Assembly: GCF_000315625.1 (NCBI RefSeq)
Contig: NW_005434442.1
Span: forward strand, 1 to 56,486
Reading direction: 5' to 3'
DNA length: 56,486 bases
DNA from: Guillardia theta CCMP2712
Taxonomy: Eukaryota > Protista > Cryptophyta
The first letter of the stretch is position 1. Each line of letters starts with the position of its first letter. A model generated the notes under the pieces. That model did not search any database. It was not told where the DNA came from and was given only the letters and a program-made list of their open reading frames with translations. Of this stretch, positions 30,746 to 43,399 are shown one piece after another. The position numbers were made by a program, and so were the translations under genes.

Positions 30746-30859
30746 GCAGGGAAGGGATGCAGGGAGAGGGATGGGGGGGCTGGGGGGAAAATGAGAGGAA
30801 GAGGGAGGCAGGGAGGCATGGGGCTTCGATATTTCTTGGTCCAGATATTCGAGTAACTC

Positions 30860-32180
30860 AATTCACAGTTGGCTGTTGCGCATGTTCTCTCTGCTCGTCA
30901 AACTCACGAGGTTCTACAAACTCAAGCAAGTCAATGTTCTGTGAGTGCGCGATGGCTGTCATAACTCTTCATTCTAACGTCTCTGACAGTCCAGCGGACG
31001 ATCCTTTCGCTTCCTGTGAGTCCACTGCCTGCCCAGAAGCACAAGTAGAGGCAACGCCCGGCTACATCCCCTACTCCACCGCACCATGGTGGAAACATGC
31101 ATCAGGCAAGAGTTTATACGCAAAAGCGGTCCTTTGATGTTGTCACAGAATATGGGAAGCAGACAGACAACTATCACATCAACAACTCTTAATTTTGCGA
31201 GCTCGATCATTCCCTTCTTCTGTACATATTTGGTTGTGGATAATTCACGAACACTCATTCTCATCAAAGTTGTTTTATTCTAGGTTGTTTCTTCAAAACA
31301 TTTCATACATCCTTCTGAACGTGGCATGCAACTGCGTAGTTGAAGTACTCGGCTGCAACCTAACAAGGTAGATCAGCAGGAACGTGCGGCGACTGCTCTG
31401 AGACCTGCTTGAATTCTTCAAAGTTGATCGAGTCACTGGGGGTCTTGTGCAGCGAGATGAGGAAAATTTCCGCATCCTTTCGGATTCTCTCCTTGGACCT
31501 TGTCACGGTTAGGAGAAGCATTGGAGGAACAAGAAAAATTCACTGTGTTCGTTTGATTTGAGAATCTTCTTCCACCGCTGAGAGCATGGCATTCTGAATC
31601 GACCTGAAATTCTTCCTGTCATGACGCTGTCGCAAAACATCGATGAGATGATTACTCGAACGTCCAAGTCTTCGTGTCATGATCTGCGTACTTGACAAAC
31701 AATGTGTTCATCCTGATGAGAGTATAAGCGGTGATGAATACATCAGGATGGATGTACTCGCTCTCCCATCTCCTGCGATTGTCTTGCTCCTTCAGATATC
31801 TCGCTCCCCTTTGCAAGTATCCTTCCAACCAGAAAGTCAACGTGGGAAAGTGAAAGCCTCAGTCCTGTGTACCAATGAAAACAAAGCAAACTATGTAATG
31901 AGGTCCTGTACGCAAGTAGTGGCCCGTAAACCCTGCCGATCACGTGTAAGAACGTTGACTCAGATCATTGACTTCACCTTTCCAGAACGCCAGAGGCCCT
32001 TCGGATCGAAGGATACTCATTGCACAGCCCAAGGTGCTGAAGAAGCATCAGCTTACATCTCTCCTTGCCCTGCTTGACCTGGGGTAGTACTCGCCCACAC
32101 GCTTTCCATTTACAATCTTGAATGGTTGGTTGTATAAGCGCGTCCTTATCACGTCCGCTGAAGAAGAAGTTCGTCAAAGA

Positions 32181-32211
<31 letters not shown>

Positions 32212-33365
32212 ATGGTGGTGGTGGTGGTGGTGGTGGTGGTGGTGAACATGATGATGCTGATGATGATGATGATGAGGAGGAGGAGGAGGAGGAGGAGGAG
32301 GAGGAGGAGGAGGATGGTGGTGATGATGAATGGCAGACCTGGATTGTTGGCAGCCACACAAGCAAGACCAGAGAACATGGCGCAGACTCCATCTGTGATG
32401 GCGCCAGGCTGAATCGTCAACCTCAGACTGACACACGGCAGGGGACGCGTGGGTTCACCTTGAATCCTAGATGTGCGTAGTGCGGGTCATGTAGAAGCTT
32501 CTCCTTGCTGGAACAATGATGAGAGGAGGGAAGGCAGAGAAAATCGGCTTGCCTTATGCTGTTCACTGTCATGTTGGCACTTGTCGCAAGAATCGAGCGA
32601 ATGGTGCTGATCCCCGTTCCCAGCCAAAGAGCTGACGCTCCTTCCTGCCTGGTGATGACGCGAAAGCTGTCGAGAAAGCCCTTGTACTTGTATCCCTGAT
32701 ACCCTACAGAGGTAGCAGCAACACTGGAGGCCTGAAGGCTCCATTACTGACACGCTGAGAGGCATCAAGTTAAGTCACTTGCAGTCTTGTCTTGACTATC
32801 TCGATCGGGTTGCATATCATCGCTCCCACTGCTCCAGATATTCCTCCAGCAACGAGTCGCTTCCACACAGGGGCAGTTTTGTGCTCAGTGCCATGCAGCT
32901 GGTCAAGGACGGGCTCAAAGAGGCCTATGCGAAAGAAGTTCTTCGATCCTTCTCGAATGATGGCAGCCGTCAGCCCCCGCTGCGTTCCTTCAAGACCCTG
33001 GGGAGCATCAGAGATGAGGTTGAGAGCAGACAGGCAGGACCTCTGATTGCAGAGTCTTGATGATGCAGTCAAAGACATTCTTGTAGACTTTCTTTCCTCC
33101 TGATGACGCCTCCCCCTGTCTCAATCGAATAGCACCGGTCAGATCCTCCGCCTGCCCTGCATGCGATCAGGGACCTGCAGCTGCATCCTGACTTTTGCGA
33201 CGTCAAAAGGATTCGTGAAGACAGCTGCCCCTGCAGACACGCGTCAACATCTTCCTGCTGGTCAACTCCTCTGCCTGCTGGTCCCAGCCCTGAGAACACC
33301 ATCCCGTACCATCCACCTGCGATGCCGACGGCCAAGTCAGGGAGGGGAAGAGCTGCTGACTGCAT
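30860..33365 (-). CDS. Mitochondrial carrier (SLC25) family protein, possibly with C-terminal extension
   Basis: Three carrier signatures: NPFDVAKVRMQ, NPIEIVKTRLQ, NP.DVIRTRLYNQP; also EGPLAFWKG and GPH. Multi-intron; 3' end uncertain. Confidence 0.8.
32181..32330. repeat. Compound trinucleotide microsatellite (GCT)n(GGT)n(GAT)n(GAG)n, intronic
   Basis: Direct reading. It lies between the carrier exons ending ..AANNP and starting DVIRTR. Confidence 0.9.
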
Positions 33366-33904
33366 TGTTCCTACCTCTGCCGTAGTTGTCCGGCACCTTG
33401 TCAGGCCTGGTCCTCCCGATGAACTTCTCGAACGATCTGCTTCCTCGTCCCTCCAAGGCACTTGCTATGACTACACGTGACGGCTCACGAGGGCGGAAAG
33501 CAAGAGCTCGAGAGGATGAGGAGCATGAGAGGTGAGGAGTGAGCGAGGAACCAAGATGAGGAGGAGAGGAGGAGGAGAGGAGGAGAGAGGAGGACGCGTG
33601 CATCAACATGGCGCTCTGCCCCCCTCCACTGCGATGGCACTCGCCCATCACGCCTCCTTTCGCTCCCCGATGCAAGCCCGCCTCGGTTCTTCAAGCTCGT
33701 CACTTCGTCATGGCGCAGGTTTGTTGAGGAGGTGTCGAGGAAGGGACGAGAAGAGAGAGGAGGAAGGGTAGGGAGAGAGGAGAGAAGAAGTGAGAGGAGC
33801 GAGATGGATAGAGCCTCTGCTCTGAAAGACTTCATCCATACACCAAACTTCATTCTGATTCCTTATCCTCTAGGATCGCGAAAGGAATTTCAGACGACCT
33901 GATC

Positions 33905-34971
33905 ATGGTATCTCACGACCCTGCTCCTCGAGACATGACTGTGCATGGCAGCAGACAGCAGGTCCTCACAAGACGGACTGGGGAACAAACCCATGTCTGT
34001 CGCAGTCATGTTCGCCGTATGCTGCGCCTGGTGCTCCTGTGATGGGATAGGCGTCAAGAGACTGAATTAGACGTGCTAGCATCTTGTGTGTATTGGGCTT
34101 GATCTACATGATCTGGGCGATATGGACACTGTTCACAACCATGTGATATGCTGTGCTCCTGTTATCTGAGGAGAATCTGAATGATTTCACCAGAGAGTCC
34201 ACAACAACAGCGTGTGGATCAAGATACAACATCTGGTTGTTATGCCTGACTGTGAGGGAGATGGAGGAGGGGCAAGGAGTCTCGCTGATCTCGTGTCAGG
34301 TGATGATTCTTGTTCCCGTGCTTGGAACTCTCTCAGCTATCATCGCCGCCTTCACCACCCTCACTGGCCTCACTGCGGTACCTCCGCTCATCAAGTGAGT
34401 CAGGGGTTGGTGATATTCGACCTTCACCCTCTGCCTCCACCCTCCCGTGACCGCTCGCTGCCAGTCTGTCGATGGCGATATGGGGAATCATGCTGTGGAG
34501 CTCGATGGGAGGTAAGCTGAGGCGCTTGGTATGCTTGACCTGACAAGTCGAAGACGCTTGTATGGAGTTCTTCGAGAAAAGATTTTGGCATCTTGCGCTG
34601 CTCTTCAAGGTGAAAGTTCCTGCTTGGTGATGGAAGAGGATGATTCCATTCAGATCACAGTTGTTCTCTTAGCCATCACGCTCTTCACTTTCTTCTGCAT
34701 CATCGTAAGGCTACACGTGGCTGCTTGTGGACTTTGAGACTTGTGCTTGCAGTGCGTGGGAGCTGCTTTCTTGGGAGGGACGGTAGCGACAGGAGGGATT
34801 CTCCCGAGCATGCGGGGATACTCAGCCATCTCGGGAGACCGGGCAGGCGAAACTCCATCGGAGCGCGACGAGTCGCTGCTGGAAGGCGCAAGGGAAGGGG
34901 ATAGTGAAGCGGTGAGGGGGAAAGGTCGGCCTTCTGTTGATGACCTTGACGGCAGGTTGAGAAACTGCTGA
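33905..34971 (+). CDS. Small multi-pass membrane protein (spliced, hypothetical)
   Basis: Several hydrophobic exons (VMILVPVLGTLSAIIAAF, ITVVLLAITLFTFFCII, CVGAAFLGG) separated by short introns. Confidence 0.45.
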
Positions 34972-35869
34972 GAGGAAACGCAAATTTAAACGTCCGAGAC
35001 GAGAATGGCTTCCAAGCATTGTGCGCCTCTCATTCCCACCAGCTTCTTTGCCGCTATGCCCTGTTCTTGTTTGACCTCACCAGCTTGGCCCTTCGTCTCT
35101 ATCTGACCAGTTCCTCCCCGCCTGGTTCTGACTGATGCCCAGACACTTGGCAGCGTCGCGAGGTCATCTTGCGATTGTTCGACAGCTGATCAAGGTAGAG
35201 CAAATCGAAAGAAAAACGATGAGGGGACGAGGATGGGGGGGAGGGGAAGGGAGGAATAGAAAGGGAAGGAAGAGAGGGATTTGAGAACAACACCAGGAAG
35301 GTTGGGGAGAGGGGAGGGAGGATAGTTGAGCGAGTGGCTATGGAAGGAGGAGCATGGGACTTTGCTGAAGCCAAACAGGCAGGGGCGAACATTGATGCTG
35401 AGACGTCGGCCGGGGATACTCCTCTCTCTCTATCAGCGGGACATGTAAGGAGAAGGGAAGGAAGGGTGCGAACTGATCGTGAAGCTTTGAGCAGGTGGAG
35501 GTTGAACAATTCCTGCGATCAGTGGGAGCGAAAGAGAGGTGAGGATGATGGAGGACACAGGGAAGGAGCGGAGATGATTGGAGTGCTGAGATGAAGAGGT
35601 TGAGAGTTGGTAGTCGTGTCTTCACGTAAAATGTGGAAGAGATTTGAGCTGACATGGGTTTTTCGTGAAATGACAGGAACGCATCAGAAGCGGAGAAAGT
35701 GTAAAATAGAGAGATTGTATTGTAAGAACATTGTTTTGTCACATTCTTGCTCTACTTGCTACATCGCTGCAACGTATTCCTTTAAGTCCATCACACTCAT
35801 CATAATATCTCATCTAGGATGAAACTGGTTAACAAAAAGCAGATCTGTGTTTGTATGAAGCTTGGATAT

Positions 35870-37216
35870 GTAGCAGTTCAACACGAGACATTGTCTGTTT
35901 CGTCCAAGACAATTGTCTCTCTTCCTCAGCGCTCAGGCAGCTCTTCCTAAGCTGTTGATGACATTGAAATTTAGCTCGTAAGCTTCATCCACATGCGAGG
36001 GCTGCATCACCTTCAGACGATTCTCAGTCGACGTCATGCCCAGCACCAGCCCCTGCGTGCTCCAGTGCTTGAGCGACATGTGTGAGATAGAGGCAGAGGA
36101 GGGTTGAACTTCTGACCTTCAACTGGATGTCTCGAGAAGAAACTCTGTAGTCCACCTGAAACTCGTGAGGGTTTGAAGCACAAAGAACGATCGATTGCTT
36201 CACGTCTTCGAGATCCCGATCGTAGGCAACGTCGTTCTGAAACACCTCAGGCGATATGTTTCGGTATACAGGAGGCACAGCAAAAGGAAATTTGGTAGGA
36301 GAATCATCAAACAAATCGAGGTGTAAGTTGGATGCAGACATATCAGTGGTGAGCTCTGTTTGTTCCGGGTCCAACGAGAGTAGTTTGCGCTCAATCAAGA
36401 GTTGAAAAAAGGCTCGATCTTCCATGGCGATGACGTCATTGGCAGAGATGCCGAGTAGACTGGAGTACAACTCACTGAATTCTTTGATCTGCCGCAGAAG
36501 GTCAACATTCTGTCATGATTGATTCGCCATACCTCTTCAACAACCTGGTTTCCGGTTACAATCTTCGGACAAGTCCAGAAACCATTGGCAAAGTCAACTT
36601 CAGCCATCGCCATGCTGCGGTTCGTGTATCGGTACAAGGATCTGCAGCACATGGCTAGTTTGTGCACGTCTGCCGATCTTGGGCCCTCCAACGCCCCCCG
36701 GCAGACGCGGATCGCCTCGAATTCCCTCGATTCTCCATCGCGGTCTTCGGTCTCGTAGAACGTGGGTGGCTTGGTATGTGTTCGAACTAGGATGCGACGT
36801 TTGCCTAGCTTCGGGCAGAAAGACTTGGGAAATGGCTGGAGGAGAGAAAAATGGAATCAGGAGAACGCAAGAACAAGACAAGGAAAAGCAAGAGCAAGAC
36901 TAACCTGGAAAAACATCATGGAATACATGATTGCTTTCTCATGCATCTCGATTTTTTGTCTGCTTTTCATTAGCGCATTTAAGTTTGAGGGATTGGTATT
37001 GAATTGTCCCTGCTCTAGCAGCCAACATTCTTCCTGCCAGTCATCGTCGCCCCCTGTCATTGGTTTTATCGTCGCGTGCAGGATGGTCTGAGCAGCCTGT
37101 GCTGCTGGTGACGAGGAAGGTTGATCGCTTGTCGAGACGCTGACTTGGGTGGTCGTCCATCGTCTGGCATCAGCATCGAACGCGTATAAAGTCGCTTCTT
37201 CCTTTTCACCTGCCAT
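35870..37216 (-). CDS. Hypothetical protein (spliced)
   Basis: Consecutive minus-strand ORFs 36857-37249, 36395-36691 and 36024-36470 can be joined by short introns. No family recognised. Confidence 0.45.
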
Positions 37217-37321
37217 GTTTTGCACCTCCTTGCACGACAAGCTTGTCAAATCGTAGGGTAAGGCATGAAAAAGCGTTACTTACCGTTATTGTCGGTATGA
37301 GGGTTGAGGAAACTCGTCAGC

Positions 37322-38122
37322 ATGGCGGGAAGCGCACTTTTGTTGCTGGCCATGCAGATAGCGGGAGCCGCCGCCTTTTCGCCCCCTTGTGCTCTCATGC
37401 TCTCTCACCACCTTCGCGCTCCTCTCACCGCAGATGCCATGCGTCTCACCATGCTTCCGAGAGTGGCTCCACTTCGGCCGAGGGTACATGAAGCAAGCAA
37501 GATGAAGGCACAAATTGAATTCAGCGGTACCTGAACATGAAGATCTTCCGTGATGTTGGGACATTCTTGATGTGAAGTTCTGTTTGATTGCAATGTCTTT
37601 GACCTTGATTGCGCTTTCTCAACGTCGATAAGCGTCAGTCCCTCTGAATGCCTTTGGATTTTACAGACTGGGACGGCGAAGACCTCGTAAAGATGCAGCG
37701 TGTGGATCCGTTGGACGAAGCAGGATATCGCATGCATGAAAGCTCTGACAACTTCGTTCCTCTTGGTGCGGCTCTGCTGCACTTCTGAAGCTCTACACGC
37801 GGTGACTCACCTCACAGAGGGCGATATCGTGGAGTACGTACTGGAAGGATTCAAGCAAGTGAACATGGGGATGGTTGTGGAAGACTCGACGGACGGCGAA
37901 GTGAAGGTAACGACTCGCACATGTCGTTCCTCCCTCTCCTGCTGGCTGATTTTCGAAATTTCTTCTTGTTGTCAGGTCAGGAAACTGTTGAGACGCGACG
38001 GCGACGGCGAGTTCGATGAATGGAGATGCGTCGTGGCCAAGACTGAGGCAGTAGTAGAGGTTGCCGATCAGCTGCTTGTCAACCCATCTGACCTCATGAC
38101 AAGGTTCCTGTCTATGCTGTGA
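37322..38122 (+). CDS. Small putative plastid-targeted protein (spliced)
   Basis: MAGSALLLLAMQIAGAAA-FSPP is a signal peptide + Phe (ASAFAP-type) presequence. Later exon LTEGDIVEYVL. Confidence 0.45.
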
Positions 38123-38380
38123 GATACGTCGGAACTTGCACCGAGTGCTCAGAAGAAAACGGCGTATGTTGATAATGGTCGATGTGGCAGTGCAGGGGTT
38201 GAGGAGGGAGGGAGGGAGGAGAGATGAGGCAAGTGCTATGCGACATCTTGTAAGAAGAAAGGAATGACAAGCTTGTTTTTTGTCAAACAACACAAACAGC
38301 TGGAGCTGAACAGTGAATGAAGATGTATCCCTGAACTTTATCCCCTTCTTGCAGGCTGAAATGAATATCGTCCCCTCTGC

Positions 38381-41300
38381 TCACTTCTTCTTGCCTCCCT
38401 GCAGGGCGACAGTGAGAAAGACGCAGCACAGGGAATGGTGGAGACGAGCAGGAACCGACAAAGGAAAGCAACTGGAGCAGGGGAGGAGAAGGGGAGGACG
38501 GGAGGAGGAGGAGCAACATTCACCTTCTTCTTCTTAGGGGCAGCGCTTGCAGCCTGTTACATTGCAAGGGGGTCAGAGAGACGGCAACCTGGAGAGGGAG
38601 CGCACCTTTGCCTTGTTCTCCTCGTTCTTGAGCTTGTACTGGAAGAAGGAGTAGACGGTGTTCCTGGATCACACAACGACAGTCAGGTCAAGGAAGTCGC
38701 TTGTAAGCACGGTGAAAGCAGGAACGAGTCGGAGGGAGCTGAAGGAGGAGGAAGGAGACGCAGTTAGGTGGGGGAGAGACTGGATGGATGCTAACCGTCT
38801 GACTGCCTTGAGCATGTCCTGATACAGCTCGAAGCCCTCCTGCTGGAATTCAATGAAAGGGTCGCCCTTGTACGCGCGAAGTCCGATGAAATCCTTGAGG
38901 AAATCGATATCCTTGAGGTGCTGCTTCCAGAGAAGATCCACTTGCGTGAGGATGATGTACCTCTCGATCTCGAACGAGAAGCTCTCCTTCACCGCATCCA
39001 GCTCTCCCTCCTTCCTCTCCAGCACCTCCTCCACTTGCCTGCGGACCACCTGCCGCACTTCATCGCGAGACTTGAGGGCTGCGATATCCGAGTCCTTGAG
39101 CTGGATGCCGTCGAAGAACTGCGCGAGCTTGTTGGCGAGGCCTGAGGCGTCGAGTTTCCCTTCCTTGATGTAGTTGGGAACGATCTCCTCCGCCGTGTCC
39201 AGGCAGTACTCAAGGATGGTGTTGGACATGTAGTCCGAGTCCTCAGTGACGAACTTCTTCCTCATGCTGTAGATGGACTCTCTCTGCGATGAGAGGATCT
39301 CGTCGTACTTGAACATCTCCTTGCGGATCCCGTAGAAGTATTCCTCCACTCTCCTCTGCACCCCGTCAAGCGCGTCGCTCACTGACTTGGCCTCCAGCGG
39401 CATGTCCTCCTCCACCTTGAGCTTATCGAGCAGCCCGTCGATGGACGTCCCTCCGAACACCTGGAACAGACGGTCGTCGAGCGCGAGGAAGAAGCGCGAG
39501 CTGCCGGGGTCCCCCTGACGTCCAGCGCGTCCTCGAAGCTGCTGGTCGATCCTCCTGCTCTCATGCCTCTCCGTGCCGATGACGTGCAGACCTCCAAGGT
39601 CTTCTACCTCCTCCTTCTCCTTCTTGCATCGCACGTCGTACTCCTCCTTCACCACCCTGTAAGCCTCCCGCAGCTTCTCCAGATGGCTTCCCGCCTCCAC
39701 TGGCCCCGTCTCAGCCGCCACAGCAAGGAGAGACTCTACATCCAGCATGCTTGGGAGCGACCCAAGCGCCGACGCCGCCGCCTGCACAGCCTCGTCGATC
39801 TTGTTGACGGCCTGCTCGGAGAGCTCAGGCAGGGGGATGCAGGCTGGGTTCTGCTTGATCTCCATGGCCTCCTTGGACGGCAAGCCGTTCTTCTTGTCCA
39901 CAAGCGCAGGAGCCAACTTCTGCATGATGCGCTTCTTGGCGAAGAAACCGCTGTTGCCTCCCAAGAGAATGTCAGTTCCTCTTCCGGCCATGTTGGTCGC
40001 GATGGTGATGGCGAAGGCGCGTCCAGCCTGGGCGACGATCTCGTTTTCACGGGTCACGACCTCAGGCTTGGCGTTCAGAACCTCGTGCGGCACTTCGAGC
40101 TCCGTCATGAGCTTCGAGAGCTGCTCAGACGCTGCGATCGAGGTCGTTCCGATGAGGATCGGCTGTCCCTTGGTGTGTCTGCGCGCGATGTCGCCCATGA
40201 CGGCCTTCCACTTGCCTGCCTGTGTGCGGAACGTGGCGTCAGGGTTGTCTCGTCGAGCGACCGGGAGAGCCGTGGGGATCGAGAGAACTTCGAGCCCGTA
40301 AATATCGCCGAACTCCTTGGCCTCCGTCCTCGCTGTTCCTGTCATGCCAGAGAGCTTGGGGAAGAGGCGGAAGAAGGACTGGTAGGTGATGGAGGCGACA
40401 GTCTGGGTTTCGGACGAGGGCTTCAGCCCTTCCTTGGCCTCCACCGACTGATGCAGCCCGTTGCTCCACCGCCGGCCCTCGAGTACACGGCCAGTGAACT
40501 CATCGACGATCATGACCTCGTTGGCGCGCACGACGTACTGGACGTCCTTCTTGAAGAGAGACTTGGCCTTGAGGGCGTTGATGATGTAGGGAGACCAGGG
40601 ATCCTTGGGGTTGAACAGGTCCTTCACATTCAAGATCTTCTCCACATCCGAGAACCCTCGCTCAGTCAACGTGACACTTTGCGACTTCTCGTCAACCGTG
40701 TAGTGAACCTTCTCCTCCAGCACAGTCGCGATCTTGGCAGAGTTCGCGTACTTGGCAGCTGGAGCAGCAGTCTTCTCTGAGATGATCAAGGGAGTTCGTG
40801 CCTCGTCAATCATGATGCTGTCTGCCTCGTCTACAATGCAGAAGTTGAACGGGCGGGTAAGAACGATATCTTCGGGCTTGATCGCGAGGTTGTCGCGGAG
40901 GTAGTCGAAGCCGAGCTCTGAGTTGGTGACGTAGGTGATGTCGCAGCCGTAGTTGGCCCTGCGCTCCTCAGGCTTCATCTCTGCCTGGATCAGTCCGACA
41001 GTCAGGCCAAGGAAGCGATGGATCTGTCCCATGTTCTCAGCATCTCTCCTTGCCAGGTAGTCGTTCACAGTAACCACATGGACTCCCTTGCCAGAGAGCG
41101 CGTTCAGGTAGCTGGGCAGAGTCGCTACGAGCGTCTTGCCTTCTCCTGTCGCCATCTCCGCCAACTTCCTTTGGTGCAGCACCATGCCGCCCACCATCTG
41201 CACGTCATAGTGGCGGAGCTTGAGGACACGCCATGCAGCTTCGCGCACAACCGCAAAGGCTTCGTCGAGAATGTCTTCCTCAGTCTCTCCTTTTCGCAGC

Positions 41301-41692
41301 CTCTGCTGGAACTCCTGGGTCTTGGCTCGCAGCTGCTCGTCCGTCAGCTTTTCAATCTGCTCCTCGAGCACGTTGATCTTGCTCTCAACTCGCACGAGAA
41401 GCTCCTTCACAAACTTCTGGTTCTCCGGGGATCCGACTCCGAACACTACTCCTCCCTCACTCGTTGCCTCCTCTTTGCCCATTCCAAAGCTCTTCGCTAC
41501 CGTATCAAACAACCCCATCCTCAACCCTACGCTCCCCTGCCTCTGGCGCAGCCCAGGGATCGAGAAAGAGCGAGAAGCAAGGGAAGGGGTGAGCGAGGAG
41601 GATGCTAAAGCTCTTGAACGCGCCAGAGGAGGAGCATGCTGGAACGCCTCGACGCCTCCCAGCAGCAGCATGGCGACGGCTACCACCTGCAT
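38381..41692 (-). CDS. secA: Nucleus-encoded plastid preprotein translocase ATPase SecA
   Basis: EMATGEGKT, VTVNDYLARRD, IVDEADS, TNMAGRGTDI, ERHESRRIDQQLRGRAGRQGDPG. N-terminal signal peptide VEA-FQHAP. Three small 3' exons ending GGKKK*. Confidence 0.95.
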
Positions 41693-42359
41693 GGCCGCTG
41701 CTTATGCCTTATTTGCCTTACTTTTTTAGGACAGAACCCTTTTAATTTTACTGCATTCTACCTAAATGAATTAAATCTGTTCTAAATAAGTGTCATTTCT
41801 GTTAAATTGCGCCGGGGAACATACAAGGATAAGCGAAATCCATATTGAATAACTACAAAGTGACCTAAAATTATAACTTAGTGGTTAATTCGAGTCGTGG
41901 CCGCCGTGGGCGGCCGAGTCGGGCCGGAGCCGGGCCGGGCGGCGCGGCGCCGGATCAGGCCGGGGCCCGGACCGTGCCGGCGTACCGATAGGACCGGCAC
42001 GGTCGCGCCCGGATTCGCCGGAGTCGGCGGACCGTCAGGCTCAGAGGCTCGGCCAGTCACTTCAGTGCCCGGCCCTCACCTGAGTCACTGACGACGCCAG
42101 GCGGCGTGCCCGAAAACTGATCAGAACGAGGACGTACGGTACTGTACAAGACACGGTCTCGGCCCCGCCCTGGAGTCCAATAGTGACCGTCGGACTACTA
42201 AGTTAACCGTTGAACCGGTCACGGGGTGGACCCGGCGCCGGGCCGGGGCCGTCCGGGCCGGGCCGGGGCCGTCCGGGCCGGGCCGGGCCCCGGGATTCAG
42301 GGAGGCAACAAACCTGAAGAAACGTGCTGATAAGCCCTGCGACATGCAGAGGATGTGAC

Positions 42360-42484
42360 GGAGCGAGGGAGGGAGAGCGAGGGAGCGAGGGAGCGAGGGA
42401 GCGAGGGAGCGAGGGAGCGAGGGAGCGAGGGAGCGAGGGAGCGAGGGAGCGAGGGAGCGAGGGAGCGAGGGAGCGAGGGAGCCG
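42360..42484. repeat. (GAGGGAGC)n octamer repeat running into an assembly gap (N 42485-42584)
   Basis: Direct reading. Confidence 0.9.
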
Positions 42485-43399
42485 NNNNNNNNNNNNNNNN
42501 NNNNNNNNNNNNNNNNNNNNNNNNNNNNNNNNNNNNNNNNNNNNNNNNNNNNNNNNNNNNNNNNNNNNNNNNNNNNNNNNNNNNACCAAAGAGCAAGTGA
42601 GGGCGGGAGAGGAGAGTGAAGGGGGAGGGAGAGGGAGGGATTCAAGGAGGGAGCGAGGGAGCGAGAGGAGCGAGAGGAGAAGAGAGAGATGCGGCGGAAG
42701 GGGGAGTGGAGAAGAGTTGCGAAAACGAGGAAGGGATTGGACGGGTAGGGTGAAGAAATGAGCAAGCAATTCGAGTGAGGGACAAGAGACCAGATTGGAG
42801 CGACAAAACAGGTCAAATGCAGAGAAGGCGAGAGGGAAAGGTAGCAGTAGATCGAAGAGAGTCATGTGAAGATGACTGAGAGGCGGGTGTTGGAGTGGGA
42901 GGCCGAGAAAAGACAGAGGCAAAGGAAATGATTAGCAGGAACCCGGAGCAAGTGAAGTTTAGGGTGGCGATTAAGTGTTTGTGCTATCAGTTGTTTCCAA
43001 GGTTTCTGCCCTAATATGTCTGCAGGAAAGATGAACATTTCCAATTCATTAGCTTTTATCAAGTCCAACATCGCATGCATGCAGACTAGAAGCATGTCAG
43101 TCGTCAAAGTAGGAAAGACCATTCTAAGAAAGAACGTGCTCAAAGACATGGAATCCAAGAAACGCCGAATTCAACATGCGAGGGAAGCAAAGGCTAGGAA
43201 TGTGTCTGATCTAGACAAACATGTGCAACAAGCGTACAAGGTAAGCGACCTTGGGCCATGATATCATGTGAATGACAGCATAATGTGTGATCAGGAGTTG
43301 GAGCTTGAGAATGCAAAAGGAAACAAATGAAGTTTATGTACACCTGTAGTGGGTTTCTACTTATCTTTACAATCACAGCCTCCAAGGCAATAGTCTGTT

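Noticed and set aside
32118-32480. Homopolymeric amino-acid ORFs
   Set aside because: Translations of an intronic compound microsatellite.
35334-35460. Ankyrin gene (AGANIDAETSAGDTPLSLSA)
   Set aside because: A single isolated repeat-like fragment without supporting exons; at most a remnant.
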